A stretch of DNA of 64,000 bases from the human T2T-CHM13v2.0 reference genome, Homo sapiens: assembly GCF_009914755.1 (NCBI RefSeq), contig NC_060947.1; one strand, given 5' to 3'. Below the pieces are notes generated by a model. It saw only the letters and a program-made list of their open reading frames with translations. It had not been told where the DNA came from and did no database searches. Made by a program: the position numbers and the translations under genes. Of the stretch, positions 12,376-24,540 are shown one piece after another. The first letter of the stretch is position 1, and each line of letters starts with the position of its first letter.

Positions 12376-13604
12376 AATTAATACTATTAATTCATCTATT
12401 ATACATATTGCAAATTTGTTTCTTAATTGATTAAATGCTTTTAAAATTATGTTTTTTGGTGTTTTTTGACAAAGGTTTTTTTATGCTTTGTTTTACTTTG
12501 TGAAGTCAAATAAATCTATTTTTTTCATTTATACTTTGTCTTTATTGTCATAGAAATGCAACAGAACCTGTAAATTTTGTTTATGGTTTGTCTAGATTAG
12601 CAAAGTGGAACTTCTCATTTAATCAATATAAACAATAGAAGAAAAATAAAATGTACTACATGTATCTTAAATGTTATACGCATTCTATTTTCTTATTCTC
12701 TAATACATTTAACTCTTATACTTCAGAGTGTGCTATGATTAGGCCTATTTTTACAGAGGAGAAAACAGGCTAGGGGAAAATATGTATCCATTTTATAGGA
12801 TGCGGAAATGAATTTGCTATTTTATGTTATCCTAGAAATTTACATTTGTTTCTTAATTTTGATGGCACTTTCTTAGTCATATTTATTTGATAACGTAGAT
12901 TTGATCAAGGATCTGACCCCAATTGTAAAGTTACCTATTGGAACAAAACTGGCTTCCTGGGCTTTTAGAGGAGCTGAAGAACAGAATAACAGAATCTCCC
13001 CAGTCCCAGAAAGGTTACCTCAGTTTCCAACACGAATGCACATTCTCAGGGATAGGTAGCAAAACTCTCAGGTATCTCTAATTGCAACATCAATTTTTTT
13101 CCACTGAGATGGAGAGAACAAGGTTTAAATGCATTTCCTCTATGAAGTCAGGACAAGATAACATTCTACGGAAAGCCCAGAAGAAAATATCTGGTACTTC
13201 AAAGTTTTCAAAACCTTGTGTTCTGTTGATTTCATCCATAATGAATTATCTGGAAGCAAAGTGCCTACATTAGCAAAGAAGCTGATATTTATAATATGTG
13301 ACACAGACTTTTCACCCTCAGTATTTCTAGGATACCAGAGTCTCCGTTAACAGCAAAATAATCAACAGGTGTCTGCAAAGCTGCTCAGTGTGAAAAGTGC
13401 GCTAATGAGGAAAGCTGCTAAGTGTCAAAATGGCAAGTACAAGGAAGGCGTGTGTTCTCAGAAAAAAAAAAAAAAAAAAAAAACGCCTTTGGAATTTCCT
13501 GGAGTGAGCTTACATTTTGGGCCCAAGGTGTATCTGTGCCCAAGTCTCAGAATTCTAGTTTCATAGAATCTTGGGGTCAGCAAATCCCTTAAAAGTGTAA
13601 TTGA

Positions 13605-13820
13605 AGCAGATTAATGGTTGCTTGGCACTTGCCCTGGGTAGCTGGAGTTGACTGAAAATGGGCATAAAAATATTTGGGTGGTGATGAAAATGTTCTAAAA
13701 CTGAATTGTGATGATAGTCTCACAATTCTATAATAAATTTACTAAAAAATCATAGAATTGTACAATTTAAATGGCTGAATTTTATGGTATATAAATTATA
13801 CCTCAATAAAGCTATTTTTA
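13605..13820 (+). mobile_element. LINE-1 3' end (L1MB-like)
   Basis: GGTGATGAAAATGTTCTAAAACT...AATTATACCTCAATAAAGCT. Confidence 0.8.
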
Positions 13821-13869
13821 AGGAGTAATTCAGTCCAACCCCTCCACCAATACTTGCATCTTCTCTTAT

Positions 13870-15150
13870 TTGTTTTATTTTGAATTGACAAATGATAAAT
13901 GTTTACATTTATGGGATATAATATGATATTTTGATATATGTTTACCATGTGGAATGATTAAATCAGGGCTAATCAACAAATCTGTCACTTTACATACTTA
14001 TTTTTTGTGGTGAAAAATTTAAAATCTACTCTTAGCAATTTTGAAATATATAATGCATTATTATTATTTATTATAGTCACCATTTTTTAATATATTAATA
14101 CTACAGTTCTTTGCAATAGATTAAAGCTTATCCCTTCTGTTTAACTGAAATTTTGTACCCTTTGATCAACATCTACCCTTTCCCCAATCATCCCCCTCCC
14201 CCAGACTCTAGTAACTATCATTCTACTCTCTACTTCAATGAGTTCAACTTTTTTAGTTTCCACATATAAATGAGATCATTCAGTATTTGTCATTCTGTGC
14301 CTACTTTATTTCACTTAACGTATGTCCTCCAGGATCATCCACTATGTTAGGCCATTCTTGCATTGCTATAAAGAAATACGTAAGGCTGGGTAATTTATAA
14401 AGAAAAGAGGTTTAATTGGCTCAGAGTTCTGCAGGCTATCCAGAAAGTATGATGCCAGCATCTGCTCTGCTTCTAGGGAGGTCTCAGGGAGCTTTTACTC
14501 ATGGCAGAAGGTGAAGTGGGAGCAGGCATCTCACATGGTTGTTGCAGGAGAAAGAGAGAGAGGGTGAGGGCAGGTGCTGCACACTTTTTACAACCAGATC
14601 ATGTGTGAACTCAGAACAAGAGCTCACTTATCACCAAGGGGACGATGCCAAGCCATTCATGAGGGATCCGTCTCCATGATCCAAACACCTTTCACCAGGC
14701 CCCACCTCCAACATTGGGGACCACATTTCAACATGAGATTTGGAGGGGACACATATTCAAACCATATCATCCACATTATCATAAATGACAGGATTTCTCC
14801 TTAAGGCTGAATAGTAATCCATTGTGTACATATACCACATTTTCTTTGTCCATTCATCTGATGATGGACACTCACATTGGTTCCAAATGTTGGCTATTGT
14901 AAATAATGCTACAGTGAACATGGGAGTGCAGAAATCTCTTTGACATACTGATTCCAATTCCTTTGATATATACTCAGAAGTAGGATTACTGGGTCATACA
15001 TTAGTTATATTTTCAGTTTTCTGAGAAACTTCCACACTATTTCCATAATGGCTGTATTAATAATGTACATTCCCACCAACAGTGCACAAGTGTTCCTTTT
15101 TTGACACATGCCCCCCAACCCTTGTTAACTTTCATCTTTTTGATAATGTC
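13870..15150 (-). mobile_element. LINE-1 3' region (L1MA-like), interrupted by an MST LTR
   Basis: Minus-strand translation PMFTVALFTIANIWNQ..WTKKMWYMYTMDYY matches the ORF2p C-terminus; the L1 sequence is contiguous across the LTR. Confidence 0.88.
14343..14769 (-). mobile_element. MSTA/MSTB-type MaLR solo LTR
   Basis: Reverse strand begins TGATATGGTTTG...CCAAATCTCATGTTGAA; perfect 5-bp TSD TCCAC at 14338-14342 and 14770-14774. Confidence 0.92.
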
Positions 15151-15664
15151 CTCTTATGTCAGCTGCCCCATCATAACCCTTCTGGCTTCCTCTGTAGCCA
15201 GAACTTGCTTTGCCTATGTGCTCCACAAGGGGGAAAATGTTGGATAACTATCTCTCCCTATACATAGTTCCCAACAATGAGGCATGGAAGTTGATGTACA
15301 ATAATGTTTCCAAATTCTTCAACAGTTGAGAAAATAAATGGAAATATTTAGGAATTCTCGGGAATTTCCCAGATTATAAATCACTCTTTAAATACTTTAG
15401 TGTTCTTTATATTCTTTACTTATTATTACAGATATCTAAAAAATATTTAATGAATAATATATGTTACATTTAGTAATATTTACAAAGAACTGTGGACTCT
15501 AGTGAACATTCAAAGACTGGAAATGCCAATGAGTATTATTGGATATTATTTGAATAATGCAACATTCAGATCTCTTAACAAGGCTAACCACAGTACCCAG
15601 AATCGCATATTGAAATTGCCAGTGTAGTGACTTATTTTGCTTCTAAAACTTGTTATTCTAATGT

Positions 15665-15772
15665 ACATCTGATTTCACAGTCTGGTATATCACAGGTGAG
15701 TGAAGGGACCTAGGGTAGGAGCTCTAAGCCAACTACAGGTGCTGAACATACCTTCCATCCAGTATGCTTCAC
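15665..15772 (+). repeat. Dispersed direct duplication, copy 2 (108 bp)
   Basis: About 95% identical to 9413-9521. Confidence 0.95.
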
Positions 15773-16209
15773 AAGGTATAGTTATGGATATAAACTTATG
15801 AATATTTATTTTATTTTCCAGAATGACTCACTGTTAGCAACAGACAGAACCACGAACACACGACACTTAACATGGCAACAGATACAAGCAAGACTGACCA
15901 ACTATATTGTGACGACTTCTCTGCTGCGTACTCCTGTCTCTGTTGCTAGAAAGGCTGACCTTAACCTTTTACTACATGTGTGAGTTTTTGCTTATACTTT
16001 TGCCCTTGCTTTTGACTCAACATTAGTGTATTCCTTTGAAACCATGATCTGTAGGTTGAGAGTTGTTTTAATTGCTACAGGAGAATTATAATATTATTCC
16101 CCATTTTCCCAATTTGTCAATGGATTTATCTCAGGATTCAGAATTCAGAAAAGCACATAAGTTTCTTGAGAAGTTCAGGGGAAGAAATTTCACATGGAAA
16201 CATTAATAA

Positions 16210-16395
16210 CAGTGGTTCTCAAAGTGTGGCCCCTGGACCAGCAGCATCAGCATCACCAGCAAATTTGTTAGAAATGCAAATTATCAAACCCCACCTGAGA
16301 CCTACTGAATGATAAACACTGTGGATAGGGCCCAGCAATCTGTTTGCACAAGCTTTCTGGTGATTCTGATACAAGCTAAAGTTTGAGGAACACTG
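16210..16395 (+). mobile_element. MER5A hAT-Charlie MITE, full length
   Basis: Terminal inverted repeats CAGTGGTTCTCAAA / TTTGAGGAACACTG; internal CAGCAGCATCAGCATCACC and TTGTTAGAAATGCAAATT. Confidence 0.92.
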
Positions 16396-16399
16396 CTAT

Positions 16400-16652
16400 A
16401 TAGATACCCTAGCTTTCTCACCTCTCAGGATGGATAACACTGAAAAATATGTTCTACACTTACTTAGAGTTTCCCTCTCCAAGTGAGACCCAGTTTTCTC
16501 TGGTGCTAACTGCCTTGGCAAAACACTCTTTATTAGTTGCCTTCTCTTTCTTTTTACTTCTCTACAGGTGTTTCCTTGGATCACCCCCAAAGTAAACTAC
16601 TTGCACTGGAATCCTTGCCTCAGGATTGGCTTCTGGGAAAACCCAAGTAAAA
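16400..16652 (+). mobile_element. LTR16-like (ERVL) 3' fragment
   Basis: 3' end TAAACTACTTGCACTGGAATCCTTGCCTCAGG..GCTTCTGGGAAAACCCAA. Confidence 0.65.
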
Positions 16653-16989
16653 ATACCTTTTTATAGCCTAAAAAGACAGGAGGAGGAATAGCAGAAAGAG
16701 GGTTCTGGTGTTGGGAAACCCTGGATCGGATTTCAACCCGCCACTTACCAGATGTATGACTTTGACTCAATTTCAGACCTTCTTTGAACCTGAGTTTCCT
16801 CCTGTTGCCTGTCTATCTTGCAGAGATGTTGGGAGAATAGGTGATAAGAAAGGCCCTGAGGTGCTCAGCAAGTTATCATGACTATCAGTAGACCTGATTA
16901 AAGGCAGTACAGCCATAGTTTGAATAGTTACAGGTCTGGGCAGGTCTAGGTTATAAAATTTCTCAATAGCCTCTCTTATTGCTTATGAT

Positions 16990-17322
16990 TGTAGTCAAGG
17001 TAGGCCAAACCATAGAGCAGTAATAAACTAACACTAAAATCTCAGTACTCTATTGTAACAAAGGTTTGTCATCACAATCTAGTGAAGGTTGGAGAGACTC
17101 ATTTCATGGACTTTCATCAGAGGGAAAGAGACTGAGTAGGAGATTACATAGCAAGTTTTATATCCAGGCCAGGAAGTAATATTCATTCTTATGCCTACAT
17201 CCCATTAGCTAGAGCCCAGTCAGATGGCCTCAGCTACAAGGCTGGGAAATGTAGTTTTCCTTTATGCCTAGAAAGAAGAAAAATGAAACAGGTGTTGGTT
17301 AAGAGAGCATTTTCTCGGCCAT
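16990..17322 (-). mobile_element. MLT1J/K-like MaLR LTR
   Basis: CCCATTAGCTAGAGCCCAGTCAGATGGCC...GCTGGGAAATGTAGT. Confidence 0.6.
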
Positions 17323-17724
17323 AGCTCATACACCTAATACTGGAAAATGATTTTTTTTAAATGTTTTGGCCCAATAAAGATACCTTGTCTTTCCATTTTA
17401 TTTGTATATGGTCTGCCCAAATGCCACACTGACACATGTCCCAATGGCATTCAATGTAAGAATGTTCTTTCAGTCAATAACAATGTATCTGTCACTATAA
17501 GCTTGGTGTGTGGTCTCTGCTCCTTTTCATCCTGGAAGATGTAATCTACTCCAGCTCAGCCTTCATTGACTGATTCTTCTGGTGGTGGTTCAGGGTGCAC
17601 AACCACCCATACTCCTTTCCTAGCTGCCTCCACCCTGTTGACTGTCTCATTTTTTCCACTCACACCTGGAGTTACTTTGCTACTGTTGGTATTGATTAGT
17701 CATATTGTTATTTCAAAACTGAAA

Positions 17725-18255
17725 ATTGATTCCACTTCTATGCATATGCCCAGCAGAAATGTGTATATATATATACACCAAAAATGTCTCTTAGCATGTT
17801 CATATAACACTACTTGTAATCAACAAAAACCAGAAACTATGCAAGTGCCCATCAGTAGTATCATGGAGATATTGTGAGCTATTCACACAATGGAATACTA
17901 TATAGAAAAGAATAAATGATCTACAACTATGTGCAACAATATGGATGAATCTCACCAACACAATGTTAAACAAAAGAAGTCAGATACAATAAAGAATATA
18001 TTTTGTGATTTCATTTATACAAAGTTCAAAAACATACAAAGTTAGTCTATGGTATAAGAAGTCAGTAGAGGGGTTACCTTGGGTAGTCAGTTGAAAGGGG
18101 AACAAGGTGGGGCTGCTGGATGCTGGTAATATTCTGTTTTCTTTATCTGGGTGCCAGTTACATGAAAGTTTGTTATAATTTGTTTTCAGCTGTACACTTA
18201 GCATTTGTGCAGTGTTATGTATGTATGCCATGCTTTAGTAATTTTGAAAAAAAAA
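17725..18255 (+). mobile_element. LINE-1 3' end (L1ME-like)
   Basis: CAATGGAATACTAT; ATGGATGAATCTCAC; GATTTCATTTATACAAAGTTCAAAAAC. Confidence 0.8.
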
Positions 18256-18529
18256 CTCAACATATATGTTACATTGCCTAAAATTTTTCTTCATAAATCC
18301 TCACTGTTTTTAAGTGCATGTGCTATTTATATGCAAGGACTTAGCTTTATTCATCTTCTTCTCCCAAGAACATAGTAGATGCCTAATTAATTTTCATAAA
18401 ATTGTTCTATTCTGAGTGGGTTAGCCCATCATAGTTCATTACCAAAAAATCAATTGTATTCAGTTTTATTTAATTCAAAATCTAATTTTTGTTGCTGTTG
18501 ATGATGATGATAATATCGTAATAATATCA

Positions 18530-18720
18530 TAATAATAGCTGAGTTAGTTGAGTGCTGGCTTAATGGCAGAAACTGAACTTAATACTTAAAAATTGTATAA
18601 GTTGTATTTTTATTCCCATTTTACAGATAAGGAAACTGAGACACACAAATTCTCAGCTATAGGCCCAAGGTACATGAAAAGCAAGGTGAATCAGATTCCA
18701 GAACTCCTTCTTTTAATCAC
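18530..18720 (-). mobile_element. MIR SINE
   Basis: CCCATTTTACAGATAAGGAAACTGAGAC. Confidence 0.8.
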
Positions 18721-18724
18721 TACC

Positions 18725-19754
18725 TATATTAGTTTATATTGTTATATAACAAATTACAAGAATCCTAGCAGCATGAAATAACATACATTTACTATCCCAC
18801 ATTTTCCATGGGTCAGGAGTCCAGGCATGGCCTACATGGGTCCTCTCTTTGGGGTCTTAAAAGGTTGCAATCAGCCTGGTGTTAGCCATACTACATTTCT
18901 ATTTGGAGGTTCAAATAGGAAATAATCCATTTCCAAGCTCCTTCAGGAAAGGCTCATTTCCTTGTGGTTGCAGGATTGAGGTCTTGAGGTCTCCATTTTC
19001 TTGCTGGCTATCAGGGACCACTCTTAGCTTCTCAAAGTTGCCCTCAAGTCCTTGCTACACGTCCCTCTTTGTGGGCCTTCTCACAATATGGCAGCATACT
19101 TCTACAAGGCCAGCAGGAGAAACTCTCTGACCTCTAGACCAGGGGTCCCCAACCTCAGGCCATGGACAAGTACTAATCTGTGGCCTGTTAGGAACTGAGC
19201 CACACAGAAGGAGGTGGGTGGCAGGCAAGTGAGCATTACCACCTGAGCTCCGCTTCCTGTCAGATCAGTGATGGCATTAGATTATCATAGGAATGAGAAC
19301 CCTCTTGTGAACTGTGCCTGCGAGGGATCTAGGTTGCATGCTCCATATGAGACTCTAACTAATGCCTGATGATCTGAGGTGGAACAGTTTCATCCCAAAA
19401 ATGCCCCCACCCCCCGTCTGTGGAAAAAAATTGTCTTCCATGAAATTGATCCCTGGTGCCAAAAAGGTAGGGGACTGCTGCTCTAGACCCTCTTTTAAAG
19501 GGCTCAACTAATTTGTTCAGGCCCACCCAAGATCATCTCTCTTTTAATTAACTCAAAGTTAACTGAGCAGTGACCTCATCGTATTTACATTTGCAACATC
19601 TCTTTACCTTTACCATATAATGTAAGCTAATCATGGGAGTGATATTTCACCATATTCCAGGTCCTGCCTACAATCAAGAGGGAGGAAATTACACAGGACA
19701 TGTACACTGAGAGGACAGGAATCTTGCAGCCATTTTAGAATTCTGTGTACCACA
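18725..19754 (-). mobile_element. MLT1E/F-like MaLR LTR, interrupted by MER1B
   Basis: GGGTCAGGAGTCCAGGCATGGC; CAGGCCCACCCAAGAT; ends CCATTTTAGAATTCTGTGTACCACA. Confidence 0.75.
19140..19480 (+). mobile_element. MER1B hAT-Charlie element, full length
   Basis: Termini CAGGGGTCCCCAACC / GGTAGGGGACTGCTG; perfect 8-bp TSD CTCTAGAC at 19132-19139 and 19481-19488. Confidence 0.93.
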
Positions 19755-20110
19755 CTATTCTATTTAAGTACAAGTGTGTTGGATGTTAGGAAAGATGATG
19801 TTAGAATATCCAATATTAATTCATCCTGATCTTACTTGCCATAGGGAGAGTTTGGGTGATGGGGCCACAGATGCTTAGAGGGAGGCTGTGTTCTGGAATG
19901 ATGGTGCATTGCTCATGTGGACCTGCCATGTCCATAGTGTAGCAGAGGAAACATTGGTGAAAATGTGAAAGAACTAGGTTATAGTGGTATTTGCTCTTAA
20001 GTTTTCCCCACCTTCTTTAACATCTCCCACTTCTCAGGAATAATGCGCAATTTCATTCAGCTGCCCAGGTCAGAAACCTGGGATTGGTTTTAGAATCATT
20101 TTGGAATCAA

Positions 20111-20588
20111 TGCAGTTGATGTCATGCTCTATATCACTCAGTGCTGCAGCTGAGGAAGATGATTCCTGGCTGGCTGGCAACCTCCTTCCTTAAGCACCTG
20201 CATCTCAGTTCTCTGAGCACTTTTTCGGACAGTACAGGTGCTTGCTTAGCCACAGATGCCTAACACTGATGCCCACAGGAGCCAATGGTCTCAGGGGGAA
20301 CCCCTCTACAAAAGAAGAGAGCCAGTGAATAAATGGCCCTGCCTTCTCATCCTCTTACAGAACAATTATGAAGTGTGTACCACACAGTTCCTCAGAAGGT
20401 CCCAATGGTATTGAGTCCCAATTGCCCCCAGCAGTAACCTGACCATTAGTTCACTCTTTATTGGCTTTTCTTTCTTCCCAGTCTCATATCCCCACCTTCC
20501 TTGCTTGTACTTTCTGGGGCCACCTCCCAGATAACCACCAGCACCCAAGCCTTTGTCTGCTTTGGGGTTTAGGGGATAAACTGAGACA
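20111..20588 (+). mobile_element. LTR16C-like (ERVL) LTR
   Basis: TTCCTCAGAAGGTCCC..TTGAGTCCCAATTGCCCCCAGCAGTAACC; CCACCTCCCAGATAA; ends CTGAGACA. Confidence 0.7.
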
Positions 20589-21079
20589 CTCTTTCTCTCC
20601 CATATGCTTCCTATTTCATTAATACCCAACCTCCTAAATACACGCTGCATCACTAACAACTTTCTTATAATTTATGCTAGCACTGTTTATTGCTAAGATG
20701 AATGCACTAAACTTTTGATCTCCCTTTCTCTCAGCCACTTGTATCCATCCTTCCTTGGCTGTCAGCATCCTTTTTCTAAAATGCAAAATTTATCTTGTCA
20801 GTCTCCTGACTCACAATTCTGAAAGGGATTTTCTTATCTAGTAGATAAAGAAAACTCCTTAGAGAAAAATACAAAGCAATTCATTCATTTATTCAATGAG
20901 CAGTTATTGAGTGTGTCTTATGTGTCAGGCATTCTGCTAAATGCTGCTGATGAACATGGCAGAGAGGGTCCTTCCATCACAGAGCCCAGAGTCTCAGAAG
21001 ACAGACATTAAACTACCACTCACATAGGTAAATATATAAGTACCTGGTAAGAAGTGATTTGAAGGAAAAGTATGCACCC

Positions 21080-21314
21080 TAGAGCTGCACAGTCTAATAT
21101 GTAGCCACTGGCCATATATGACTATTTAAATTTAAATCCATTAAAATTAAAAATTCAGTTCTACAGTCTCACTAGCCACATTTCAAGTGCTCATTAGTCA
21201 CATGTGGTATATCATATAGTGATATATCCATGGTATATTAGATCAGGATATATATATATATATATATATATAAAACTTTTCCATAATCACAGAAACTTCT
21301 ATTGAACAATGCTG
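21080..21314. mobile_element. MER3 hAT-Charlie MITE with internal (TA)n
   Basis: TAATATGTAGCCACTGGCCA; CACTAGCCACATTTCAAGTGCTCA; CACAGAAACTTCTATTGAACA. Confidence 0.85.
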
Positions 21315-22545
21315 CTGAAGGCCTATCTAGAAGGAAGGCTTCATTAAGACGTAGAGGTGGGGGGACCTGCAAGTCAAGTCAGAAGCAGACTCTGCAAGGA
21401 AAGGAAATTAGAGTTAAGTATTAAGGAATTGTAGGAATTGTCTAGGTTTGGGGGACTGGCCAATTCCTACAACTGGGGAGAAAAGGCAGTAAGAATCCTG
21501 GAGAACCCACAGAATAGATGAAGCCTAATGATTGAGGAGTAGAGTGGATACATATACAAAGGCTGAAAAGCAAGGTAGCAGCCAGGTAGGGAGGGTCTAT
21601 GCAGGTCATACCAAGGATTTTGAATTTTTTCCTAAGAGCAACAAGAAGACAGTTTCCTAATATTAAAGCATGGCCAGGTTCCTAGTTTTAAAAGGCCACT
21701 CAATCTTTGTGCTTTTATACAGGAAGGAGAAAAGACTATAAAGATTCTTTTTCAACATATTTTAACCGTAATATTATGTTTTTGAAATCTGTCAATAAAT
21801 ACAGATCTAGTTTATTTGCTTTAACTGCAACAAAGTATCCATTGTATGGACAAACTACAGTTTGTGTACATTTTAAAACATACAAAGCAATATATTATAT
21901 TAAGGATCTATACATGGAGGCAAAAGCAAATAAGCATTTATAGGAATGATATATACCACCTTCAGGGAAAAGAGGGAGGAAAAAAGGATGGGAGGAGGGG
22001 AAAGAGATTGAGTTCTATTTGTACTGTTTCCTTCTTTTAAAAGAGGTCTGAAGAAAGAAATGGAAAATACTCATCTCTGTAAAATCTATAAAAAACCTAA
22101 TGTTTATCTCTGTAAAAAAGTGGTAAGTGATAGTTTTTGGAGTTACATAAGTGTATGTTAACTTCTTCTCTATTAAGTAGTTCGTAGTAATTTAACAAAT
22201 TAAAGACAGACTTGGGATAAGAGTGACCCTGGGACAACTAGTGAAGAAGAGTACTGCAATGGCTCAAGCCATTGCAAGAATTGATGGGTACATGAATCAG
22301 GATGCTTAAGACAGAGATGGAGAGAAAGAGGTGGATTCAAAAAGTAGAATCAACAAAACATGATGATCAATTGAGTGTAAGAGGGTAGGAAGGAAGGAGA
22401 TACCAAGAATGAATCTCAAGTTTGTGGGATGAGAACTAAACAAATAGCAATGCCATAGCTTTAGGCTCACAATATTGGAGGAGTTGCAGAATGGTAAGGG
22501 GTAGCAAGAAAGATCAATATTCCATTTCAGAAATGCAAATTTCTA

Positions 22546-22650
22546 GTTGGGCACTGTGGGGCAAACCTGTAGCCCCAGCTACTCAGGAGGTGGAGCCTAG
22601 GAGTTTGAGGCCAGCCTGGGCAACACAGTGAGACCCCATCTAAAAAAATT
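22546..22650 (+). mobile_element. FLAM-like Alu monomer
   Basis: CCTGTAGCCCCAGCTACTCAGGAGG...GGAGTTTGAGGCCAGCCTGGGCAACACAGTGAGACCCCATCT plus A tail. Confidence 0.8.
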
Positions 22651-23073
22651 GAAATATGAGGTTTCTTATACTTCTGTCATTGAGATGACAGATGGCAGAT
22701 GGCAACATGAATTTGGATCTTAGCAGAAAGGTCTGAGCTAGAGATATAAATGTGGGATAACAGGTTGTATTAAGTTTGCATGAAATAACCTATGGAAAAA
22801 ACATGAGGTAAAAAATATTAAAATATTAAAAATATTATGGGTAGTTGAACTGGTACAGAACTGCATTTCCTCCACCATGACTCTAGCCATAGTAACTTCA
22901 AAAGTGGGCTAAGGACATAAATAGACAATTTTCAAAAGAAGATACACAAATGGCCAACAAACATATGAAAAAATGCTCAACATCACTGATGATCAGGGAA
23001 ATGCAAATCAAAACCACAATGCAATACCATCTTACTCCTGCAAGAATGACCATCATAAAAAAACAAAAAAACA

Positions 23074-23388
23074 GGCCAGGCGCAGTGGCTCACGCCTGTA
23101 ATCCCAGCACTTTGGGAGACCAAGGCGGGTGGATTACAAGGTCAGGAGATCGGGACCATCCTGGCTAATATGATAAAACCCCATCTCTACTAAAAATACA
23201 AAAAATTAGTCGGGCATGGTAGCGGGCGCCTGTAGTCCCAGCTACTCGGCAGGCTGAGGCAGGAGAATGGCGTGAACCTAGGAGGTGGAGCTTCCAGTGA
23301 GCCAAGATCTCACCACCTCACTCCAGCCTGGGCAACAGAGCAAGACTCCATCTAAAAAAAAAAAAAAAATTCAAAAAACAGTAGATGT
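23074..23388 (+). mobile_element. Full-length Alu (AluY-type diagnostics, CpG-decayed)
   Basis: ACCATCCTGGCTAA, TACAAAAAATTAG, GAATGGCGTGAACC; poly(A) tail; CAAAAAACA on both flanks. Confidence 0.95.
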
Positions 23389-23669
23389 TGGCATGGATGC
23401 AGTGAACAGAGAACACTTCTACACTGCTGGTGAAAATGTAAACTAGTACAACTACTATGGAAAACAGTGTAGAGAATCCTTAAAGAACTAAAAGAAGATC
23501 TACCATTTGATCCAGCAGTCCCACTACTGGGTATCTACCCAGAAGAAAAGAAGTCATTATATCAAAAAGATACTTGCACACGCATGTTTATAGCAGCACA
23601 ATTCACAATTGCAAAAACATGGAACCAACCCAAACGCCCATCAATCAACAAGTGGATAAAGAAACTGTG

Positions 23670-23670
23670 A

Positions 23671-23702
<32 letters not shown>

Positions 23703-23744
23703 CATATATATATATGTATATATACATACATACATACATATATA
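23670..23744. repeat. Compound (TG)n(TA)n(CATA)n microsatellite
   Basis: Read directly from the sequence. Confidence 0.95.
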
Positions 23745-24111
23745 TGATGGAATACTATTCAGCCATAAAAAGGAATGAATTAATGGCATTTGCAGTGACC
23801 TGGATGACATTGTAGACTGTTATTCTAAGTGAAGTAACTCAGGAATGGACAAGCAAACATCTTATGTTCTCACTCACAAGTAGGAGCTAACCTATGAGTA
23901 TGCAAAGGCATAAGAATGACACAGTGGACTTTGGAGACTCAGGGGGGAAAGGGTGGGAAGGAAGCGAGGGATAAAAGACTACAAATAGGGTGCAGTGTAC
24001 TACACTGCTTGGGTGATGGGTGCACCAAAATCTCACAAATCACCACTGAAGAACTTACTCATGTGACCAGACACCACCTGTTCCCCCATAACCTATGGAA
24101 ATTAAAAAATT

Positions 24112-24114
<3 letters not shown>

Positions 24115-24158
<44 letters not shown>
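24115..24158. repeat. Pure (CA)n microsatellite, ~22 units
   Basis: Read directly; lies between two L1 3' ends. Confidence 0.97.
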
Positions 24159-24160
<2 letters not shown>

Positions 24161-24500
24161 GAGATACCACCTTATCCCAGTCAGAATGGCCATTGTTAAA
24201 AAGTCACAAAATGATAGATGTTGGTGTGGATGTGGTGAAAAGAAACGCTTATACACTGTTGGTGGGAATGTCATTTAGTACAATCTCCATGGAAAACAGT
24301 ATGAAGATTTTTCAAGGAACTAAAAGTAGATTTACAATTTGATCCAGCAATCCCACTACTGGGTATCCAACCAGTGGAAAATAAGTCATTATGTAAAAAA
24401 GATACCTGCACTCATATGTTTATTGCTACATAATTCATAATTGCAAAGATACAGAATCAACCTAAGTGCCCATCAACTGCTGAGTGGATAAAGAAAATGT

Positions 24501-24540
<40 letters not shown>

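Larger units (their letters stand above)
20878..22800 (-). mobile_element. LINE-2 3' region, fragmented by nested elements
   Basis: L2 tail TTCATTCATTTATTCAATGAGCAGTTATTGAGTG..TATGTGTCAGGCA followed by purine-rich antisense L2 body; the far boundary is approximate. Confidence 0.65.
22900..24114 (+). mobile_element. LINE-1 3' region (L1PB1-like), interrupted by Alu
   Basis: Translation [24 protein letters not shown] is ORF2p; 3' UTR GCACCAAAATCTCACAAATCACCACT...AACCTATGGAAATT. Confidence 0.9.

Noticed and set aside
13462-13483. Orphan poly(A) run as a retroposon tail
   Set aside because: There is no recognisable element body or TSD.
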